Source of the DNA: Minisyncoccia bacterium
GTDB taxonomy: Bacteria; Patescibacteriota; Minisyncoccia; Phycocordibacterales; Zambryskibacteraceae
Direction: 5' to 3'
Assembly (NCBI GenBank): GCA_041742965.1
Contig: JBGTNQ010000003.1
Location: forward strand, 12,483 to 76,482
DNA length: 64,000 nucleotides
In this document: positions 11,201 to 19,032 of the stretch, piece by piece
Position numbering within the stretch: the first letter of the stretch is position 1
Layout of the letters: each line of letters begins with the position of its first letter
The notes under the pieces: generated by a model
Seen by the model: the letters and a program-made list of their open reading frames with translations, nothing else
Databases searched by the model: none
What the model was told of the DNA's origin: nothing
Translations under genes and position numbers: made by a program

Positions 11201-11728
11201 ATGAAATATATGAAGTTTATTAGAATTTTTCTCCTAGTTTTAATTGTTATTGGATTGGGACTGATTGCTACTCAAAAAATGTGGGTACCGAAGCTTGTAA
11301 CTCAAATATTGAACCGAGGGGACATGGTAGTTAACAAAGAGATTATTCCAGATGAGGCATCAGCCTTCGGAGATATATCTGGAGATAATAAGATTGTTGT
11401 TTCTGGAGTGTATAGTTACAATCAATTTATTGGCACTCTTCCATCACTAGATTTTTACGTTGATGAAGTCACCGCACATTTGATACCCCGAGGATTTGAT
11501 GATGATCGAATTCCGTGGTTTGGGATTTTAAATCAGGAGAAGGCTATGGCCTTATTGGGGATTAGTTCTAAAGAATTAGGAGGGAATATCTGTGAGATTA
11601 AAGGGAATGCAGAAATAGAGATATCAAAATACTTAATCTATCGAGGGGAGTCCGAGGGAAAAGATGGAGCGACTCTAACAAAATTGTTGAAGGTTAGCCC
11701 TCCCACCTATATCAATTGTACAAATTAG
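11201..11728 (+). CDS. Hypothetical membrane-anchored protein
   Basis: N-terminal TM helix; no recognised motif. Confidence 0.7.
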   Translation: MKYMKFIRIFLLVLIVIGLGLIATQKMWVPKLVTQILNRGDMVVNKEIIPDEASAFGDISGDNKIVVSGVYSYNQFIGTLPSLDFYVDEVTAHLIPRGFDDDRIPWFGILNQEKAMALLGISSKELGGNICEIKGNAEIEISKYLIYRGESEGKDGATLTKLLKVSPPTYINCTN

Positions 11729-11836
11729 GTTGGTTCTAACATCCTCCACCAAGTTGCGCATCGAGAAAAATAGAGCTAATAATATGGCTCTATTTTTTAT
11801 ACTGATGGGATTTCAGAACCGTGATAATATTTTGGT

Positions 11837-12733
11837 GTGATAAATCTAATTGGATTACAGAAAAATGTATCTCTAGCACCCCATACCACTTATAAAATTG
11901 GCGGAGTCGCAGATTATTTTATTGTCGCTAAATCAAAAGAAGACCTCATTAATGCAGTTTTGATAGCAAAGAAAAATGAGATTCCTTATTTTATTCTAGG
12001 GTCTGGAGCAAATATTCTTGTTGGTGATAAAGGATTCAGGGGTCTGGTTATAAAAAATGAATCAAAAAAAATCACTTTCGATAAAACATTTGTAACAGTA
12101 GATAGCGGGGTTATTTTATTAGATTTGATTAAAGAAACCTTGGTGCACAGCCTGTCTGGTTTAGAACATTTTGCTGGGATTCCTAGTACTATAGGAGGTG
12201 CTTTGTGGCAAAATCTTCACTTCCTTTCTCCAGATAGGCAAACAACATTATTTATTGAATCAGTTATTGATTCAGCTGAGATAATGGATGAAGATGGTGA
12301 CTTAAAGAAAGTGGATAAAAGCTTCTTTAATTTTAGTTATGACTACAGTATTTTGCACGACAGAAAATTATTGGTGACTGAAGCAACTTTTTCTCTTGAG
12401 CCAAAAGATAAAAATTTGATAAAGAATCAAATAGAAGAGAATTTAAGGTGGAGAAATAAAAAACAGCCGCAGCTAGATGAGTTCCCCTCCTGTGGTTCTG
12501 TATTTAAAAAGATAGATGGAGTCGGGGCAGGGAGGCTCATTGATGAAGTTGGACTAAAGGGACATCAAATTGGAGGAGCGCAAATATCAAACAAACATGC
12601 GAATTACATAGTGAATTTAGGAAACGCAAGCGCCCAAGACGTGTTAGATATCATAACTCTAGTTCAGAATAAGGTAAGGTCAGAATTAGGACATGCCCTA
12701 GAGACTGAAATAAGTTTTATTGGAGAATTTTAA
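11837..12733 (+). CDS. murB: UDP-N-acetylmuramate dehydrogenase
   Basis: TTYKIGG, LGSGANILV, GIPSTIGG, SCGSVFK, SNKHANYIVN. Confidence 0.93.
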   Translation: MINLIGLQKNVSLAPHTTYKIGGVADYFIVAKSKEDLINAVLIAKKNEIPYFILGSGANILVGDKGFRGLVIKNESKKITFDKTFVTVDSGVILLDLIKETLVHSLSGLEHFAGIPSTIGGALWQNLHFLSPDRQTTLFIESVIDSAEIMDEDGDLKKVDKSFFNFSYDYSILHDRKLLVTEATFSLEPKDKNLIKNQIEENLRWRNKKQPQLDEFPSCGSVFKKIDGVGAGRLIDEVGLKGHQIGGAQISNKHANYIVNLGNASAQDVLDIITLVQNKVRSELGHALETEISFIGEF

Positions 12734-12845
12734 TTGTATAGCAGTTCTAACTTCCTCCACTAAGTTGCGCATAGAAAAAAGTAGGGCTAATAATATGGCT
12801 CTATTTTTTATACTGATGGGATTTTAGAACTGATATACTTTTATT

Positions 12846-13571
12846 ATGAAAATCATATCTTTGAATACATGGGGAGGACGTATTCATGAACCACTCTTAA
12901 ATTTTTTCGAGAAGCACAAAGACGCTGATATTTTTTGTCTACAAGAGATTTACCACGAAGCTAGAGGAAAGGAGAATGATGACGAGTATCAAAATGACGC
13001 CCACAATCTTTTTATAGATATTCGAAACATATTAAATAATCATAAAGGATATTTTAGACCTGCGGTCGGTGATTACTACGGTTTAGCGATATTTGTTAAA
13101 AATGACATACACGTAGAGCAAGAAGGCGACATATCTATATACTCTGTCGAAGAATATAAAGGTGGTGGTAATCACTCAAGAAATCTCCAATACATTAAAC
13201 TTATAGACAAGGAGAGTAAACTCCTGGTAGCCAACGTGCATGGGATTTGGAATGGTAAAGGGAAAACAGATACCCCAGAGAGGCTAGAGCAATCTAAAAG
13301 GATAAAGGAGTTTCTTAATGAAATGAACAGCAAAACAGTATTGTGTGGAGATTTCAATCTTTTACCAGATACTAAAAGTGTGAAAATTTTAGAGGAGGAT
13401 ATGGAAAATTTGGTTAAAGAATATGGAGTAAGTACCACCAGGAGTAGTTATTACACTAAACCAGAGAAATTTGCCGATTATATTTTTGTTACATCAGGTA
13501 TTAAGGTCAAGGATTTTAAGGTCTTACAAGATGAGGTGTCTGACCACCTACCTTTGTTAGTCGAGTTCTAA
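12846..13571 (+). CDS. Endonuclease/exonuclease/phosphatase (EEP) family protein
   Basis: SLN, CLQE, GDFN, DYIF, SDHLP. Confidence 0.92.
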   Translation: MKIISLNTWGGRIHEPLLNFFEKHKDADIFCLQEIYHEARGKENDDEYQNDAHNLFIDIRNILNNHKGYFRPAVGDYYGLAIFVKNDIHVEQEGDISIYSVEEYKGGGNHSRNLQYIKLIDKESKLLVANVHGIWNGKGKTDTPERLEQSKRIKEFLNEMNSKTVLCGDFNLLPDTKSVKILEEDMENLVKEYGVSTTRSSYYTKPEKFADYIFVTSGIKVKDFKVLQDEVSDHLPLLVEF

Positions 13572-13621
13572 CGCCATGCATTCGCTTTGCTCAGCACCTT
13601 CGGTCCACTAGGTTGCGCAAC

Positions 13622-13660
13622 AAACAAAAACATTAGATCTTGTGTCTAGTGTTTTTGTTT
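13622..13660 (+). terminator. Hairpin closing the tRNA-Asp cassette array
   Basis: aaacaaaaacattaga...tctagtgtttttgttt directly after the last GTTGCGCA. Confidence 0.6.
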
Positions 13661-13737
13661 TGCAAAAAGCTTTGAAATTCTATAATATTTAAGCCGTTCT
13701 TTTGAATTGTGCGCCAGTGTATATGTTTTGTTAGTTT

Positions 13738-14000
13738 GCCAATGTAGCTCAGTTGGTAGAGCACCCCCATGGTGGATCGTAAGATTCTGCCCAGCCAAAA
13801 GGTAACTTTTGGATGAATCCCGAATAACGGTTAAAGTCCTACAAAGGGATAAGACCGTGGCCCTGAAATATCTGAAGGGCCCGAACGACTGACAAGGGTT
13901 CGCCCAAGGCGAAAAGATACAGTCTAGTCCTCTCATATAAATAAAAGAGAGGTGTAAACGAAGGGGGAGGTCATCGGTTCGATCCCGATCATTGGCTCCA
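13738..14000 (+). tRNA. tRNA-Thr(GGT), split by an intron (exons 13738-13773 and 13961-14000)
   Basis: Joined exons give gccaatg/cattggc acceptor, ccccc-atGGTaa-ggggg anticodon arm, ttcgatc T-loop, encoded CCA. Confidence 0.92.
13774..13960 (+). ncRNA. Group I intron (187 nt) at tRNA position 36/37
   Basis: Exon ends in U with a U.G pair in P1; R-like acgactga and S-like aagatacagtcta (P7 gactg/cagtc); terminal G. Confidence 0.88.
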
Positions 14001-14077
14001 AAACTAGACCTTTTAGTTATCAACTGTTGACCACTTTTTAATTTGAGTGTGGTCTTTGGCCGAGCTATGATTAATAA

Positions 14078-14530
14078 ATGGCTAACCCAAAAAAACCGCG
14101 CCCCAAGTGTCCGACATGTGGCAAAGAGCCTGCTCGGTCATTCTACAAATATTGTAGTAATAGATGTCAGCAGGAATATCAGCGTGCGCGTTATCTTAGG
14201 GAATGGAAGGCCGGGAAAAGAAGTGGCCTGCAAACTATAGGAATTGTCACGGTGACAATAAAACGTTACCTTAGAGAAAAATTCGGGGATAAATGTTGTA
14301 TTTGTGGTTGGTCGAAAGTTAACCCAAAAACCGGGAAGGTCCCATTGGTCGCTGACCACATTGATGGGAATTGGCGCAATAATGCAGAAGAAAACCTTCG
14401 TTTGATATGTCCAAATTGCGATGCATTATTGCCAACGTTTTCCGCGCTAAATAAAGGTAATGGCAGGGAAAATAGGGCGCCAAGAAAAAGAACTCAAGAA
14501 GCGACGGAGTTTTTAAAAAAGCCAAAGTAG
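14078..14530 (+). CDS. HNH endonuclease with N-terminal Zn finger
   Basis: CPTC...YCSNRC, CCIC, DHIDGNWRNNAEENLRLICPNC. Confidence 0.9.
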   Translation: MANPKKPRPKCPTCGKEPARSFYKYCSNRCQQEYQRARYLREWKAGKRSGLQTIGIVTVTIKRYLREKFGDKCCICGWSKVNPKTGKVPLVADHIDGNWRNNAEENLRLICPNCDALLPTFSALNKGNGRENRAPRKRTQEATEFLKKPK

Positions 14531-14591
14531 TTCAGTGGTAGAACACTGCTTTCGTAAAGCAGGAACGCGAGTCCGATTCTCGCCTTTGGCT
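14521..14591 (+). tRNA. tRNA-Thr(CGT)
   Basis: gccaaag/ctttggc acceptor, ctgct-ttCGTaa-agcag; overlaps the last 10 nt of the HNH ORF. Confidence 0.9.
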
Positions 14592-14631
14592 CTAGTTTTG
14601 TTTGTTTTAATGATAAAAATCTGTATTCTGT

Positions 14632-14854
14632 AGGAACGGGGGAGCAAGCCTTCTCCGTCAGAGAATTGGCCCGACTCAATCGGCAATAAGCACAGAGGGC
14701 TCTGTTCGTGGTCCATATTGAACGGTGGTCTGTGCACTGCTCGGCGGGATTAGACACCTCGCTAAAATCAATTGGATTGGCAGTACGTCCGCAAGGTCGA
14801 AACTGTCTCAAGACACGGACAGGGGGCGCCGATACACCACTCGGCGTCCCTTTT
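14632..14854 (+). ncRNA. Candidate structured ncRNA with 16S rRNA h24- and h27-like hairpins
   Basis: GC-rich multi-hairpin segment bounded by an upstream TATTCT and a terminator; gcggg-attagacac-ctcgc and cagtacgtccgcaaggtcgaaactg. Confidence 0.6.
14823..14854 (+). terminator. Intrinsic terminator before the prfB promoter
   Basis: ggggcgccga...tcggcgtccc followed by tttt. Confidence 0.7.
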
Positions 14855-14874
14855 CATTTGCTATAATCACACTT

Positions 14875-15750
14875 GTGACCAAAGAAGAGATACAAAAAAA
14901 GATTGAGGAACTTGAAGCGACTATGAGCTCGCCAGATTTTTGGTCTGACAAAGACAAGGCCCAGAGAACTATAAAAGAAATTCAAGATCTAAAAGACGAC
15001 CTACTGGGTGTGGGAAAATATGACAAGGAAGACGCCATCATGACGATATTTTCTGGTGCAGGAGGAGATGATGCAGAAGATTTCTCTTCCATACTTCTAG
15101 ATATGTATTTGAAATATATTCAGAGTAAGGGGTGGAAGACAGCCCTTATACACGAAAACAAAAATGACCACGGCGGTTTTCGCAATGTAACTATAGAAAT
15201 TTCTGGCAAAAATGTTTATGGAACATTGAAAAATGAATCCGGAGTGCACCGGCTCGTGCGCGTTTCACCATTTAATGCAAAGCAGTTGAGACATACTTCT
15301 TTTTCAATGGTTGAGGTGATACCAAGATTTGAAAAAACAGGAGAACTAGAAATTCCAGAGTCTGATATCCGTGTGGAACTTTCGAAGTCAGGTGGCCCAG
15401 GTGGACAAAATGTAAACAAGCGAGAGACAGCGGTGAGGGTCATACATATACCGACGAACCTTTCTGTCCATGTGACGAGCGAGCGGTCGCAGGGTCAGAA
15501 CAAAGAAAAGGCCATCGCCATTCTTCACGGCAAACTTTATAAACATCTTGAGGAAGAGAGAATCGCAAAAGAAAAGGGTATGTATATTTCCAAAAGTACT
15601 CAAATAGAATGGGGTAATCAAATACGGTCCTATGTCTTTCATCCATACAAAATGGTCAAAGACCATAGAACTAATGTAGAAACTTCAGATGTTGAATCCG
15701 TTCTTGAAGGGGAGATAGATGAGTTTATAGAAGCGGAGAAAGAGCTGTAG
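14875..15750 (+). CDS. prfB: Peptide chain release factor 2 (short domain 1)
   Basis: ESGVHRLVRVSPF (SPF motif), GGQ, WGNQIRSY; GTG start 7 nt after TGCTATAAT. Confidence 0.93.
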   Translation: MTKEEIQKKIEELEATMSSPDFWSDKDKAQRTIKEIQDLKDDLLGVGKYDKEDAIMTIFSGAGGDDAEDFSSILLDMYLKYIQSKGWKTALIHENKNDHGGFRNVTIEISGKNVYGTLKNESGVHRLVRVSPFNAKQLRHTSFSMVEVIPRFEKTGELEIPESDIRVELSKSGGPGGQNVNKRETAVRVIHIPTNLSVHVTSERSQGQNKEKAIAILHGKLYKHLEEERIAKEKGMYISKSTQIEWGNQIRSYVFHPYKMVKDHRTNVETSDVESVLEGEIDEFIEAEKEL

Positions 15751-16073
15751 GGGGGAATAGGGAAAAAAGAAAGGAGAGTAATGATGAATAATGATTAAGG
15801 CAGGCACAAAAACCCCTCGTTGTAATCAATTCTCACCTTTCTTTGTTGGTACTTGCCTATGTGATACAATACAGGGACGAATGACCCTGCTTTAGTTTTG
15901 TTTGGCCGTTTTGAGCCGAACGCTTCCCGGGTTGAGGGCCGCACTATTCGTGCCCGCATTCGGAAAATTCTAAAAAATTCTGATATGATGTTGTGCGTAG
16001 TGACGGATTGTTCAGCAAAACTAAAGCGGGGTTAATTAATTTTCTAATCTCGCTTCACTCAATAACAAAATTA

Positions 16074-16754
16074 ATGATCTACTTTGATAAAGTTTCGAAA
16101 ATATATGCCGATGAGTCTATTGCTCTTCAGGATGTAACTTTTGTGGTTGAGCCACAAGAGTTTGTTTCTATAGTCGGCCATTCTGGAGCAGGAAAATCTA
16201 CACTTCTTAAACTTATTCTCGCCGAAGAGAGACCCTCCGATGGCAGGGTGTTTTTCGGTTCAACAGACATACATTCCTTAGATTCAAAAGTCGTTCCAGA
16301 GTTTCGTAGAAAGATAGGCGTGGTATTTCAAGATTTTCGTTTACTGCCAAATAAAAATGTCTATGAAAACATTGCTTTTAGTATGGAGGCGGCTGGTCGC
16401 ACAGATGAGGACATAGAGTCCGATGTTCCTCATGTATTAGAGCTTGTAGATTTGGGAAGAAAAATCTGGAGTTTCCCACATGAGCTTTCTGGTGGTGAAA
16501 AGCAAAGGGTAGCTATCGCTCGTGCTATTGTAAATCAGCCAGACATTATCATTGCTGATGAGCCAACAGGAAACTTAGATCCTGTAAATACATATGAGAT
16601 AGTACAGATTTTAAAAAAGATTAATGACCTTGGGACAACTGTTATCCTGACGACGCATAACAAAGGGGTTATAGATTCTCTTGGGCGTCGAGTCATCACT
16701 TTGGAAGATGGACAGGTGGTAAGAGATGATAAAGAGGGGAGATATGTCATTTGA
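16074..16754 (+). CDS. ftsE: Cell division ATP-binding protein FtsE
   Basis: GHSGAGKST, VFQDFRLL, LSGGE, DEPTGNLD; adjacent to ftsX. Confidence 0.93.
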   Translation: MIYFDKVSKIYADESIALQDVTFVVEPQEFVSIVGHSGAGKSTLLKLILAEERPSDGRVFFGSTDIHSLDSKVVPEFRRKIGVVFQDFRLLPNKNVYENIAFSMEAAGRTDEDIESDVPHVLELVDLGRKIWSFPHELSGGEKQRVAIARAIVNQPDIIIADEPTGNLDPVNTYEIVQILKKINDLGTTVILTTHNKGVIDSLGRRVITLEDGQVVRDDKEGRYVI

Positions 16755-16928
16755 AAATAATGAGCATGGGGAATATATTTTTAATGATCCCGCCTTCATT
16801 TGAAAGTTTGAAAAGATTAGCTGTTAGTAAGTTGATGAGGTAAAATATATAAACATATAAAATACAAAAATTAATGAAGGCGGGGCGATGATTTTCCAAA
16901 ACTCATTCCGTTTCGTTAAAAATCAATT

Positions 16929-17855
16929 ATGATTTGGGTAAATGTAAAAAGAATAATACGTAGCGGATTTTTTAACTTTTCTCGAAACACCTTTGTTTCG
17001 CTTTCTTCTGTTTTGGTGATGGTCATCACCCTCTCTACTATTGGCGGACTTATATTTCTATCCGCAATCCTCAATACCTCTTTGCAAGAAATAAGAAACA
17101 AGGTAGATGTAAATGTATATTTCGTCACCGCTGCCTCTGAGGACGATATTTTGGCAGTTCGCGCTGTTTTAGAGAAGTTACCAGAAATTGAGTCAATCTC
17201 ATATACTTCTCGTGAGCAGGCACTAGACGATTTTAGGAATCGGCACCAGAACGATGCCTTCACTCTCCAAGCGCTAGATGAGCTTGGTGAAAATCCCCTT
17301 GGAGCAAGCTTGAATATTAGGGCCAAAGACCCCTCACAGTACCAAGGGATTTCTGATTTTCTGGAATCAAATCCACCACTTGATACCGAAGGCTCGCCAA
17401 TTCTTGATAAGGTAAATTTTTATCAAAATAAAACCGCAATTGATAACCTTACGAAAATTATAAATGCGGCTGACAAGTTTGGTACCGCTTTCTCCCTTAT
17501 TCTGGTTGTTATTTCTATTTTGATAACCTTAAACACTATTCGCTTGGCAATTTATATTTCTCGTGAAGAGATTGCGGTTATGAGACTTGTCGGTGCTAGC
17601 TCTCGGTATATTCGTGGACCGTTCGTGGTCGTGGGTGTGATTTATGGCGCCGTAGCGGGCATTATCACACTCCTCACCTTTTATCCGATTACCTACTGGG
17701 TGGGGAATGCAACGGAAACCTTTTTCATCGGTCTAAATATTTTTACTTACTACACATCAAACTTCGGTCAAATATTCCTCATAATTATGCTTTCTGGTAT
17801 AGCTATCGGCGCTATTTCTAGTTATCTCGCAGTTAGAAAGTATTTGAAGATATAA
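16929..17855 (+). CDS. ftsX: Cell division permease FtsX
   Basis: NTIRLAIY...EIAVMRLVGAS..YIRGPF; four TM topology. Confidence 0.93.
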   Translation: MIWVNVKRIIRSGFFNFSRNTFVSLSSVLVMVITLSTIGGLIFLSAILNTSLQEIRNKVDVNVYFVTAASEDDILAVRAVLEKLPEIESISYTSREQALDDFRNRHQNDAFTLQALDELGENPLGASLNIRAKDPSQYQGISDFLESNPPLDTEGSPILDKVNFYQNKTAIDNLTKIINAADKFGTAFSLILVVISILITLNTIRLAIYISREEIAVMRLVGASSRYIRGPFVVVGVIYGAVAGIITLLTFYPITYWVGNATETFFIGLNIFTYYTSNFGQIFLIIMLSGIAIGAISSYLAVRKYLKI

Positions 17856-17880
17856 GGCCCTTACTCGCGGAGATAGGGGA

Positions 17881-17908
17881 TTGACATATCAATCTAATTT
17901 GGTATAAT
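17881..17908 (+). promoter_or_regulatory. Sigma70-type promoter
   Basis: TTGACA-16-TATAAT with extended TG. Confidence 0.7.
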
Positions 17909-17955
17909 TAAGATAGAAAACGAGTTCGGTCCAAACTTAACATCGGAGGTAACCC

Positions 17956-18300
17956 GTGGGGATTGAGGCATCAGCGTATTTCGGCACACATCAGGAGGAC
18001 GGGACAGTTTTCCCGTGCATAGTCTTGTCTGGCCGTCGCGGTAAGGTGCTTTTTGTTTCCAAGGATGGTGGTCACAAGGCGATTGGGTTGTTGTTGGGGT
18101 GCAGGCTTATCGACAAGTATGAGGCCGACCTGCTCACCCACGAGATTTCTTTATCCAGCATTCCTGATGATACCCACATCGAGGATGCTCTACTCGCCAT
18201 AGCTAATGTCGCTTTTGTGGCGACAGCTATGTCTCGGCCAGCCGTTGTTGAGTCTGTGAGGTCCCCGGTAACGCCGCCGAGCAAGGCCCACCTCAACTGA
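17956..18300 (+). CDS. Hypothetical protein
   Basis: Own promoter, GGAGGT SD, GTG start, terminator after the stop. Confidence 0.6.
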   Translation: MGIEASAYFGTHQEDGTVFPCIVLSGRRGKVLFVSKDGGHKAIGLLLGCRLIDKYEADLLTHEISLSSIPDDTHIEDALLAIANVAFVATAMSRPAVVESVRSPVTPPSKAHLN

Positions 18301-18310
18301 TTTCCCGAAA

Positions 18311-18338
18311 CCCCCGCCAGCGAGCTCGCTGGCGGGGG
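18311..18338. terminator. GC-rich perfect palindrome, probable terminator
   Basis: cccccgccagcgag|ctcgctggcggggg followed shortly by a T-tract. Confidence 0.7.
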
Positions 18339-18377
18339 CGAAGTTTTTTATTTGGTTTCAAAAAAATCAGGCGCGCA

Positions 18378-18707
18378 TCACTCATCGTGTATGCGCGCCC
18401 TGTTGCCAGTCTTAAATCCTATCTTTTTACGAAGGTCCTCTGCCTTCTTGTCCGTATTGCGCACAATCAAGACATTCCTGAAGTGTTCGGTTGTCCAGCG
18501 CGCGCTCATTCCTTTCCACCAGTAATCTTTTCTTCTCGCCCAAGCGAAGAACTCTTTGGGCGCTTCAAGACCTTTGGCCTTTGCATCCCACTCGGCAAGC
18601 GAAAGGCCGTGTCGGTTCCTCTCTTCTGTCTTCACGGCCACCTCCAGTTGAGTGTGCGTTCTCCCGCCATTAAAACACAAAACCAAAAAATTTGAAATTA
18701 CGCCCAT
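18378..18707 (-). CDS. Hypothetical basic protein (start uncertain)
   Basis: ORF converging on the 18311 hairpin; no motif recognised. Confidence 0.4.
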   Translation of the reverse strand: MGVISNFLVLCFNGGRTHTQLEVAVKTEERNRHGLSLAEWDAKAKGLEAPKEFFAWARRKDYWWKGMSARWTTEHFRNVLIVRNTDKKAEDLRKKIGFKTGNRARIHDE

Positions 18708-18761
18708 TTTCAGGTACTTTGTATAAGCTGTAAGCTATGAGCTATTAGCTAGTTAAAACTT

Positions 18762-18832
18762 TGCCAGTTCGTCTAATGGTAGGACGACCGCCTCTGGAGC
18801 GGTTAATTGGGGTTCGAGTCCCTGACTGGCAG
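18762..18832 (+). tRNA. tRNA-Gln(CTG)
   Basis: tgccagt/actggca acceptor, accgc-ctCTGga-gcggt, ttcgagt T-loop. Confidence 0.95.
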
Positions 18833-18921
18833 CTGGTATAAAATCTTAACGCTTATCTTAAGCGTTTTAGATTTTAACCATCCCGAACGAATGTGAGGGG
18901 TGGCATCATTGCTTGTTCGGG

Positions 18922-19032
18922 CAGGGACTCGAAAGCCGGAGTCCGCCTTGGGCGGACGAGGCGGGGTCGCGGAATTCGCTAGCAAGCGAATATCTGTGAC
19001 CGAGAGTGTAATCACGTTCCCTGACTGGCAGC
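18922..19032 (+). repeat. tRNA-Gln-tail element
   Basis: Starts with the reverse complement of the T-arm (cagggactcgaa); ends in a 15-bp direct repeat of the tRNA 3' end (18819-18833 = 19018-19032). Confidence 0.85.

Noticed and set aside
9137-13620. CRISPR array or canonical integron interpretation of the repeats
   Set aside because: Repeats are degenerate and separated by whole genes; no cas or intI gene; no GTTRRRY core at the expected place
13646-14023. 125-aa minus-strand ORF
   Set aside because: Antisense to the intron-containing tRNA-Thr; no protein features
14632-14854. tmRNA, RNase P, SRP RNA or true rRNA gene
   Set aside because: No tRNA-like GGGG..TTCGA..CCA ends or tag ORF, no GAGGAAAGTCC, no SRP domain IV motif; far too short and non-collinear in spacing for 16S
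14725-14874. N-terminal extension of prfB in the ORF track
   Set aside because: Runs through the structured RNA and terminator; GTG 14875 after TGCTATAAT fits better
15780-15970. Hairpin-rich prfB-ftsE intergenic region as a riboswitch
   Set aside because: Some stems are visible but no recognisable aptamer consensus
18723-18752. Short (A/T)AGCT heptamer-like tandem repeats here and at 43164-43191; ggggaatacta x2 at 44975-44996
   Set aside because: Too short and degenerate to support a function
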